Shown: positions 35,770 to 42,843 of the stretch, in pieces
How the letters are laid out: the number at the start of each line of letters is the position of its first letter
Numbering within the stretch: the first letter of the stretch is position 1
NCBI GenBank assembly: GCA_041651675.1
Contig: JBAZIT010000001.1
Coordinates: 1-49,952 of the forward strand
Direction: 5' to 3'
DNA: 49,952 bases
Origin: Candidatus Omnitrophota bacterium
GTDB taxonomy: Bacteria > Omnitrophota > Gorgyraeia > Gygaellales > Profunditerraquicolaceae
The notes under the pieces: model-generated
Databases searched by the model: none
Told to the model about the DNA's origin: nothing
Seen by the model: the letters and a program-made list of their open reading frames with translations, nothing else
Made by a program: the position numbers and the translations under genes

Positions 35770-36912
35770 TTAAGCCACCTTCTTCTTGAATCTCCTCACC
35801 GCTATGCTAAACATTATCAGGGCAAACAAAAATAAAAAGATCGTCTCATCCCATAAAACATGCATTGTGCCGCCTTTTAGGAATAACTCCCTTAAGACAA
35901 CGATATAATAGCGCGCCGGAACAAAATAAGTGATCGCCTGGACAAATTGAGGCATATTAAAAATCGGGTAGATAAACCCGGAAAGCAGCACAGTCGGCAG
36001 CATGGTAGTCAGGGTAGCCAGCTGGCTGGCCATTAATTGGGTCCGGGCAACTACCGAGATCAGTATCCCCTGCGATAAAGCTCCGGTCAGGAACAGCGAA
36101 CTTAAGAAAATAAGCAGCGGATAGCTGCCCCGGAAAGGCACGCCAAACAAAACCCTGGCCATGATCACGCCTACTATAAGGTCAAAGAACCCGATGGTAA
36201 AATAAGGAATGAACTTGCCGATGACCAGTTCCGGAGCTTTTACGGGCGTAGAGATCAACTGCTCCATTGTCCCCCTCTCCCATTCGCGGGCTATGCAAAT
36301 GGAAGTAAGCAGCCCGGCGATGATCATGATGATCATCGCAATAACCCCGGGAACAATGAACCAGGTGCTGGTCAGGCCCATATTAAACCAAACCCTTGAG
36401 CGGGCATCCACTGTCTGGGGCTTTTGCAGCCCCCGGGAGGCAAACGTACTGCTCAACAGGCTCACATTATAATTGGCAACTACTGTCCGCACATAATTCA
36501 TGGCAATGGTGGCGGTATTTGCGTCGCTTCCATCTACAATGAGCTGCAGAGGCGCAGTCTTGCCGGATTCCAGATAATGAGAGAAATCCTTAGGTATGAC
36601 CAGGGCCAGCATGGCCTCTCCCCCGTTGATCATATGCTCGATCTGGCGGTAGTTATCCGTATAGCCGATTATTTTAAAGTATTTGGAATTTTTGAAATTG
36701 AGCATAAAATCCCGGCTCAATTCGCTGGAAGCATCCTGATTCCAGACCAGGGTAGGGACTTTATCAATATCCAGGCTCAGCCCGTAGCCGAAAATCAGCA
36801 GCAGGAATATCGGGATGGCCAGGGCCAACCCCAGGGAGCGCGGGTCGCGTTTAATCTGGATAAATTCCTTCCAGGCTATGGATCTAATTCTTCTTAGGCT
36901 CTGTCCGGTCAT
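35770..36912 (-). CDS. ABC-2 type transporter permease (YbhS/YbhR-like)
   Basis: 380 aa paralogue of the downstream permease, with the same architecture. Confidence 0.85.
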   Translation of the reverse strand: MTGQSLRRIRSIAWKEFIQIKRDPRSLGLALAIPIFLLLIFGYGLSLDIDKVPTLVWNQDASSELSRDFMLNFKNSKYFKIIGYTDNYRQIEHMINGGEAMLALVIPKDFSHYLESGKTAPLQLIVDGSDANTATIAMNYVRTVVANYNVSLLSSTFASRGLQKPQTVDARSRVWFNMGLTSTWFIVPGVIAMIIMIIAGLLTSICIAREWERGTMEQLISTPVKAPELVIGKFIPYFTIGFFDLIVGVIMARVLFGVPFRGSYPLLIFLSSLFLTGALSQGILISVVARTQLMASQLATLTTMLPTVLLSGFIYPIFNMPQFVQAITYFVPARYYIVVLRELFLKGGTMHVLWDETIFLFLFALIMFSIAVRRFKKKVA

Positions 36913-37849
36913 ATTCTTCTATTGAGGAAACAAAAACGTCTTCCAGGGAAGGAAGAATTTTATTCACGCTGGATTCCCCCGCGCCTGCTTGCTGCAGGAA
37001 ATCCTTGATCGCGGGAATAGCTTTAGAGCTGTCATAGACAACAGCATGGATATTCGCTCCAAAGAGCGCGGCTTCTTTGACTCCTTCTATTTGAGCGATT
37101 TTTTCCAACCAGGCCTGGGCATCAGCCAGGGTAATCTCCAGAACCTCATTTTTCATCACATTAGTCTTCATCTCCTGCGGCGTACCCGCGGCGATGATCG
37201 TGCCGTGATAGATCAGGACCATGCGGTTACAATTTTCCGCTTCATCCATATAATGGGTAGTAACAAAAATAGTCACTCCCTGAGCAGCCAATCCTTTAAT
37301 AATGCCCCAAAAATTAGCCCGGGTTATCGGATCAACTCCGGATGTCGGTTCATCAAGAAAAATGATCCTGGGTTTATGGATCAGCGCGCACCCCAGGGCC
37401 AGGCGCTGTTTCCAGCCGCCGGCTAAAGTGGCGGTCAGCTTATCTTCCATGCCTTCCAGCCCCGCAGTCCTCACAGTTGTCTCCAGGCGTTCTTTTTTAT
37501 CCTTTTGCGGGATCTTGTATATACCGCTGTAAAAATTAATGTTCTCTTCTACGGTCAGGTCATTATAAAGAGAAAATTTCTGGGACATATAACCGATATT
37601 TTCTTTGATCTTATGCTGCTCCCTGATAATATCAAAACCACCCACTTCCCCTGAGCCGGAAGTAGGAGTAATGATCCCGCAGAGCATCCTGATAGTAGTG
37701 GATTTACCCGCGCCATTCGGCCCCAGGAATCCGAAGATCTCGCCCGCTTTAACCTCAAAGTTGATCCGGTTGACCGCGGTAAAATCCCCGAATTTCTTTT
37801 CTAAGGACTGGACGCTTACGGCAATATTATTCGGGCTGGTTTCTTTCAT
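36884..37849 (-). CDS. ABC transporter ATP-binding protein
   Basis: 321 aa. Walker A GPNGAGKST, signature LAGGWKQR and Walker B IFLDEP. Confidence 0.9.
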   Translation of the reverse strand: MKETSPNNIAVSVQSLEKKFGDFTAVNRINFEVKAGEIFGFLGPNGAGKSTTIRMLCGIITPTSGSGEVGGFDIIREQHKIKENIGYMSQKFSLYNDLTVEENINFYSGIYKIPQKDKKERLETTVRTAGLEGMEDKLTATLAGGWKQRLALGCALIHKPRIIFLDEPTSGVDPITRANFWGIIKGLAAQGVTIFVTTHYMDEAENCNRMVLIYHGTIIAAGTPQEMKTNVMKNEVLEITLADAQAWLEKIAQIEGVKEAALFGANIHAVVYDSSKAIPAIKDFLQQAGAGESSVNKILPSLEDVFVSSIEEYDRTEPKKN

Positions 37850-38567
37850 ACTCTCCGATCACCTTAATAAACGCCTCTTCCAGGGTTTTAGTCTGGAATT
37901 CTTTTTTAGCCTTATCCGGAGAATCGCAGCGCAGGAGCTTACCCTTGTGCATCAGGCCGACCCGATGGCAGCGTTCAGCCTCATCCAGATAGCAAGTGGA
38001 GCAGAAGATAGTGACTTTTTCCTTAAGCAGGCCATAGAGTATGTTCCAAAAATCCCGGCGGGAAACCGGGTCAACGCCGTTAGTGGGCTCATCCAGGAAT
38101 AAAACTCTCGGCGTATGTATGAGGGCGCAGGCTAAGCCTAATTTCTGCTTCATTCCTCCGGACAGCTTTCCCGCAAAACGCTGCTTAAAAGGCAGGAGCC
38201 CGGAAAAACCCAGCAGGCGCTCAATAGCCTCTGCGCGTTTATCCTTGGCTACCCCGTAAACATCGGCATAAAAGTTAATATTTTCCAGGACGCTTAATTC
38301 TTCATAAAGCCCGAAACGCTGGGACATATAAGCGATATGCTCTTTTAGCCCTTCGGCTTCTTTTACGGTATGCTTATTATAAACCCAGGCCTGGCCTTCC
38401 GTAGGATCCAGGATCCCGGTTAAAAGGCGCATAGTCGTAGTCTTTCCCGCTCCATCCGGGCCGACTAAACCGAAGATCTCGCCCTCCTGGACCTCAATGT
38501 TCAGGTGGTCTAAGGCTGTTAACTGCCCGAATTTACGGGTAAGGTTTTCGGTCTTTATGGTAACCAT
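37827..38567 (-). CDS. ABC transporter ATP-binding protein
   Basis: 246 aa. Walker A GPDGAGKTT, signature LSGGMKQK and Walker B LFLDEP. It overlaps the next ATPase gene by 23 nt. Confidence 0.9.
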   Translation of the reverse strand: MVTIKTENLTRKFGQLTALDHLNIEVQEGEIFGLVGPDGAGKTTTMRLLTGILDPTEGQAWVYNKHTVKEAEGLKEHIAYMSQRFGLYEELSVLENINFYADVYGVAKDKRAEAIERLLGFSGLLPFKQRFAGKLSGGMKQKLGLACALIHTPRVLFLDEPTNGVDPVSRRDFWNILYGLLKEKVTIFCSTCYLDEAERCHRVGLMHKGKLLRCDSPDKAKKEFQTKTLEEAFIKVIGEYERNQPE

Positions 38568-38576
38568 GGCCTGAAT

Positions 38577-39413
38577 TTATTCGATCATTATGTATGCGTC
38601 CGCGGGCATCCCGGGTTTTAGATCCAGGCTGGAATTATCAACCCTGACCTTTATCCGGTAGACGTATTTTACTCTCTCTTCGCTGGTCTGGATATATTTA
38701 GGAGTGAACTCGGTCTGGCTGGAGATGAATGAAACCCGGCCGTTATATTTCTTTCCGCGATAGGAATCTGTTTCCACGTAAGCCTTTTGCCCTAATTTAA
38801 CCTTGCCTAAATCCGTTTCATTTATGTAGGCAGTGACCCAGAGATCATCCAGATTCACGGCGGTAAAAACCGGAGAGCCCGGCTGCACGACCTCTCCGGG
38901 AAGAGCGCTTTTTACCAGCACATAACCGTCCAGCGGGCTGGCTAAGTCTGCCCAGCCTAATTTCGTATTAGCCAACTCTAAGGAGGCGGCCAACTGCTTA
39001 ATATTAGCCGAATCAGTATCCATAGTAGTCTTGGCTGCATCGCGCTGCTGCACGGAAATCGCGCCGGCCTTAAGCAGATTTTCAGCCCGAAGATAGTCGT
39101 CATAATCCAGCTTATACTGGTATTCCGCCAGCTTAAGCGCTGCTTCTGCCTCAGCCTGGATCTTGCTCAACTCATCCTTATTGAGCCGGGCGACAATATC
39201 GCCTTTCTTAACCACCTTGCCCTCATCAGTCAAAAGCTCGATCACCTGGCCGGCTACCCGAAAAGAGATGCGTACATCATCCCCTTCAATATTGCCGGAA
39301 ACTTTGATGATTTTGCTATTGGCTTTTGTCTCTTTTAATATAAAGACAACCGCCGTATAGGCCGCAATGGCCAGGATCAGCGCTATGAGAATGAATTTCT
39401 TGTTTTTTTTCAT
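38577..39413 (-). CDS. HlyD-family membrane fusion protein (YbhG-like)
   Basis: 278 aa with a TM anchor, lipoyl domain and coiled coil. ATGA overlap with the upstream TolC gene. Confidence 0.85.
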   Translation of the reverse strand: MKKNKKFILIALILAIAAYTAVVFILKETKANSKIIKVSGNIEGDDVRISFRVAGQVIELLTDEGKVVKKGDIVARLNKDELSKIQAEAEAALKLAEYQYKLDYDDYLRAENLLKAGAISVQQRDAAKTTMDTDSANIKQLAASLELANTKLGWADLASPLDGYVLVKSALPGEVVQPGSPVFTAVNLDDLWVTAYINETDLGKVKLGQKAYVETDSYRGKKYNGRVSFISSQTEFTPKYIQTSEERVKYVYRIKVRVDNSSLDLKPGMPADAYIMIE

Positions 39414-40999
39414 TTTTCCTCCCCGGGAAAACCGTTACCCATGATCCTATCCAGTCTTGCCTTAGCCATAATATAATCATATGTGCTTTCAGCAAGGTTC
39501 TTTTCTACATTCGCCAGAGAAACCTGGGCATCCAGCACATCCAGGTTTATGCCTACGCCGTTATCATAACGCACGTAAGATATCTTCAGGGCTTCTTTGG
39601 CATCCTCCAGGTTATCTTCCTGGGATTTTATGACTGCGGCTGCCTGCTTCAGGTCCAGGCAGGCCTGCCTTACATCCACGGCCACCTGATCAGCGGTATT
39701 ATCCTTGCTGATCACCGCCTGCATATACTTGGCCCGGGCGCTGTCCACTTTCGCCTTGGTTGAGAATCCGTCAAATATCGCCAGGCGCACGGTAAAGCCT
39801 ACATTCCAGTTATTATGCCTGCTGTTAAACATATTCCCCAGGTTATTGGATTGATAATAATACTGGGCGTTGGTTTCCAGCTGCGGAAGCCATCCGGCCC
39901 GGGCATACTTAATTGCCCATTTACTTATGTCTATGCCTAAGCCTTTTAAGATCATTTCCGGCTCATTCAGATAGGCGGTTTTCAAAAAATCCCCCTCCTT
40001 GATCTCGATCGGGCTATAAAGCAGCTTATCCTGGATGATTATCCCGTCGCTTACCTTTTGGCCGAGCAGCTTGTTCATCTCCGCGATGATCAGGTCTATC
40101 GCGTTCTGCGCGCTGATCAACTGCGGCTCTAAAAGCGAGACCTGCACCTTGGACTGTAAAACATCAAACCGGGAAGCAGTCCCCTGCTGGAATTTGCTTT
40201 TAACTTCTTCATAGTGGCTTTCAGCCTGGCCCACCAGGTCCTCGGCAATACGCTTTGTTTCGTAAGCCAGCAGCAGCCCGTAATAAAGCCGCTTAGTCTC
40301 CAGCTCTACATTCAGCCTGGTGGCGCGCAGGGTTTCTACCTGCGTCTTCAAGCCAAGTTGCGCCTGCCTGAGGGCGGCAATATTAGCTCCGCCGCTATAG
40401 ACAGTGTCACTGACAGTTAAGCCCATAAGATTATTATTTTTATATCCGGTAAATACGCCGATGTCTTTTTTACCGCTGCTGGCGGTACTGGTAAGAACAG
40501 CGGCATTCCGCGTATAACCGGCATTAAAACCAACCTGCGGGAGAAATGCGCTTCTGGCGTTCAATATATCCGCATCTGCCACATTCAGCGCATACTCCTG
40601 TATCCGGATATCTTTATTATTCTGGAAGGCGATCTTAAGCGTATCTTTCAGCGAAGTAAGGACCAGGGTTTGCGGCTTTTTTTCTTCGCAAAAACCGGCG
40701 GAATAGCTCAACAAGCAGCAGCCAAAAACAGCAGCCGCTAGCGCCAGCTTGGCTGACTTACGGACAATGCTTTTAAATTCCTGGTAAAAGGGGTAATTTT
40801 TGTTCAGGCTGAAGAACCTGGCGTTGGCCCGGTAATAGCTCTGCAGGACCCCCTCTTTTTGGAGATTGTAGAGGGTCCTTTGGAAGACGCCGGGCTTGGT
40901 TTTTAAGAGGCGGCCGAGCTCCTGGATATAATACTGCTCTTCGGGGTGGCCGTAAAAAAGCTTGAGGAGCTTGAGGGTATTCTTGGAGAACTGCCTCAT
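39410..40999 (-). CDS. TolC-family outer membrane factor with in-frame N-terminal winged-helix-like domain and internal signal-peptide-like segment
   Basis: The tracked ORF starts at GTG 41008. ATG 40997-40999 has AGGTG 6 nt upstream. Roughly aa 1-82 show a wHTH pattern (LKLLKLFYGHPEEQYYIQELGRLLKTKPGVFQRTLYNLQKEGVLQSYYRANARFFSLN). RKSAKLALAAAVFGCCLLSYSAGF follows, and then canonical OEP repeats. Confidence 0.75.
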   Translation of the reverse strand: MRQFSKNTLKLLKLFYGHPEEQYYIQELGRLLKTKPGVFQRTLYNLQKEGVLQSYYRANARFFSLNKNYPFYQEFKSIVRKSAKLALAAAVFGCCLLSYSAGFCEEKKPQTLVLTSLKDTLKIAFQNNKDIRIQEYALNVADADILNARSAFLPQVGFNAGYTRNAAVLTSTASSGKKDIGVFTGYKNNNLMGLTVSDTVYSGGANIAALRQAQLGLKTQVETLRATRLNVELETKRLYYGLLLAYETKRIAEDLVGQAESHYEEVKSKFQQGTASRFDVLQSKVQVSLLEPQLISAQNAIDLIIAEMNKLLGQKVSDGIIIQDKLLYSPIEIKEGDFLKTAYLNEPEMILKGLGIDISKWAIKYARAGWLPQLETNAQYYYQSNNLGNMFNSRHNNWNVGFTVRLAIFDGFSTKAKVDSARAKYMQAVISKDNTADQVAVDVRQACLDLKQAAAVIKSQEDNLEDAKEALKISYVRYDNGVGINLDVLDAQVSLANVEKNLAESTYDYIMAKARLDRIMGNGFPGEEK

Positions 41000-41011
41000 C
41001 GCCCGCACCTA

Positions 41012-41028
41012 ATATGTATTTTGCATAT
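41012..41028. promoter_or_regulatory. operator-like palindrome in the 5' UTR of the wHTH-TolC gene
   Basis: ATATGTA-TTT-TGCATAT, with one mismatch from a perfect inverted repeat. A further half-site ATATGCT at 41066-41072 lies inside the promoter spacer. Confidence 0.4.
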
Positions 41029-41049
41029 AAAAATATTCATTTGAATACA

Positions 41050-41078
41050 ATTATATTCATTTTACATATGCTTGTCAA
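41050..41078 (-). promoter_or_regulatory. consensus sigma70-type promoter of the wHTH-TolC / ABC-2 efflux operon
   Basis: Minus-sense TTGACA-17 nt-TATAAT, with both hexamers perfect. It lies about 50 nt upstream of the ATG. Confidence 0.6.
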
Positions 41079-41088
41079 GATATTTTGT

Positions 41089-41559
41089 TTATGGTGTGCA
41101 GCTTTGCAGCTTGGTGCCATCTGCGCAAATACAATAATAGCAGGTGTTGCCAGGCAGTTTTTGGGCTAAGGATGTGCGTACGCCATAATTTTGGCATATC
41201 TGACCGCCCACGGCATTGTAATGCGTGTAGAGCCACGCTGAATTGGTTAGGTTATTAATGCTTACAATAGTATCACCATCAACAGCCGCTGCAATTGGCC
41301 AAATGTTATCTGCAGGGTAAACGCCGTGAATTGCATAATAAGATAGTAGTGCCCTCCGCATGGCATCCAGGTTAGCATACACTTGTGATTTTTGGGCTTT
41401 AGCTACATTAGCAAAATAGCGGGGTATAGCGACCAGGGCGAGGATACCGATAATTACTACGACAATGATAAGCTCAATTAAAGTAAAACCATGATCCCTG
41501 CCTGCCGGCAGGCAGTTTTTTTGTGATAGACTTTTTTTAAAAGGCGCGCTCATTAACAT
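41089..41559 (-). CDS. prepilin-type N-terminal cleavage/methylation domain protein (pilin or pseudopilin)
   Basis: 156 aa. G|FTLIELIIVVVIIGILALVAIP with Glu at +5. It has an unusually long 24-aa leader and a Cys-rich C-terminus. Confidence 0.8.
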   Translation of the reverse strand: MLMSAPFKKSLSQKNCLPAGRDHGFTLIELIIVVVIIGILALVAIPRYFANVAKAQKSQVYANLDAMRRALLSYYAIHGVYPADNIWPIAAAVDGDTIVSINNLTNSAWLYTHYNAVGGQICQNYGVRTSLAQKLPGNTCYYCICADGTKLQSCTP

Positions 41560-41627
41560 TTAGTTTATTCCCCCCTCCAGAATTGTCAAGGGGTTTTGGA
41601 TAATCTTTGCTACAGGCATCAAAATAC

Positions 41628-41655
41628 TTGAATTCTAGCCTTAAAAAAGTATAAT
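41628..41655 (+). promoter_or_regulatory. putative promoter of the + strand secreted-protein gene
   Basis: TTGAAT-16 nt-TATAAT, followed by SD GAGGAGG before ATG 41676. Confidence 0.45.
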
Positions 41656-41675
41656 GTGTTTAAGAGGAGGAATAA

Positions 41676-42140
41676 ATGAAAAAATTATTGGTCAGTTGTG
41701 CGTTTTCCTTGGCAGTTCTCTTAGCTGCAAGCGGGCCTGCCTATTCTGCGGCTATGGATATCCAGGGCTTAGTGGATAATTTCTCTAAAGCCACTGACCT
41801 GCAAAGGGTGCAATTCTTAAAAGACAACCTCGGCAAAGAGATATCCTGCGCAGGAACAGTCAGCAATGTGGGAGAATACAATTTCTTTGATACGGTAAAC
41901 GACCAGGGTAACACCTACTACCAGGTCAGCACAACCCAGCAGAAAACTAAAAATAAGGTTCCCTACCAGCTGATTTTCCTGTTTAAAGATAAAGATAAGG
42001 TAAAAGATATTGATAAGGGCCAGAGTATCCAGAAAGACGGCAAGATCATCCGGATAGTTGACGAGCGCCTGCAGATCGCGGTGTGGATCTTCTGCGGAGA
42101 ACTAAGCGGGAACGATAAGGCTTTATTTAAACAGGATTAA
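41676..42140 (+). CDS. secreted hypothetical protein
   Basis: 154 aa. It has a signal peptide ending AYSA and a strong SD. I recognise no family. Confidence 0.6.
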   Translation: MKKLLVSCAFSLAVLLAASGPAYSAAMDIQGLVDNFSKATDLQRVQFLKDNLGKEISCAGTVSNVGEYNFFDTVNDQGNTYYQVSTTQQKTKNKVPYQLIFLFKDKDKVKDIDKGQSIQKDGKIIRIVDERLQIAVWIFCGELSGNDKALFKQD

Positions 42141-42184
42141 CTCTTCCCTGCCTGCGTACCTATAATTATTAAAATCCCGGATTA

Positions 42185-42203
42185 TATATGCAAAATGCAT
42201 ATA
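42185..42203. repeat. second copy of the ATATGCA-N3-TGCATAT palindrome, in a convergent intergenic region
   Basis: TATATGCAAAATGCATATA is a perfect 19-nt palindrome around AAA. An extra half-site TGCATAT is at 42217-42223. Confidence 0.4.
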
Positions 42204-42247
42204 GATATATCTACTTTGCATATATGGCTTTGACGCTCTTAAGCTCT

Positions 42248-42841
42248 CTAGGACGGCTTAAGTATTCCTCCCGACACGATCAGTTTTATCCCCTCTTCAA
42301 CCGTCATCTCTAAAAACTTTACCTTGTTCTTAGGGACCAGGATAAAAAATCCGCTCCAGGGACTGGGCGTAGAGCCGATTAGAACATGCACCAGCTCCTG
42401 GCCAAGCTTTTCCTGGGCCTCCCGAAAGCCGTCATTAGTCATAAAACCTACGGACCATATTCCTTCTGACGGGTACTCTACCAGGACAACTTTCTTGAAT
42501 GCGGGCTTCTCCTTGGTAAAAATAAAACCGACTATTTCTTTTATCGGGGGATAGAGCTGGCGGATGCCTGGAAGCTTTAAAAACCATCCCTCTAATACCG
42601 GCAGCACCCTTTTACTCAATAAATGCGAGACAATGAATCCTAGTATCAGGATCAGCAATATCCCCAGGATAATGCCGACCCCGGGAATAGAAAAACCCAC
42701 TATTTCCCTTAAGTATTTATTGACCATTACCCCGAAAAGATTATCCAGAAATTTGAAAATAATAAAAAGAAGATAAAGAGTAATGAAAACCGGCAGGCCC
42801 ACGAGTATCCCGGCGGCAAAATAGCGCTTTAATCTATTCAT
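42248..42841 (-). CDS. DUF502 family membrane protein
   Basis: 197 aa. Two N-terminal TM helices with the GLPVFITLYLL pattern, and a conserved C-terminal soluble part. Confidence 0.75.
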   Translation of the reverse strand: MNRLKRYFAAGILVGLPVFITLYLLFIIFKFLDNLFGVMVNKYLREIVGFSIPGVGIILGILLILILGFIVSHLLSKRVLPVLEGWFLKLPGIRQLYPPIKEIVGFIFTKEKPAFKKVVLVEYPSEGIWSVGFMTNDGFREAQEKLGQELVHVLIGSTPSPWSGFFILVPKNKVKFLEMTVEEGIKLIVSGGILKPS

Positions 42842-42843
42842 AG

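Noticed and set aside
41011-42203. The palindrome pair interpreted as terminal inverted repeats of a transposable element.
   Set aside because: No transposase or integrase is present and no flanking direct repeats are visible. Each copy is itself palindromic, so the orientation carries no information. The idea is kept only as an alternative within the operator finding.
42188-42313. A ~41-codon + strand ORF (MQNAYRYIYFAYMALTLL...) starting inside the 42185-42203 palindrome.
   Set aside because: It has no SD, runs antisense into the DUF502 3' end, and has no recognisable features.
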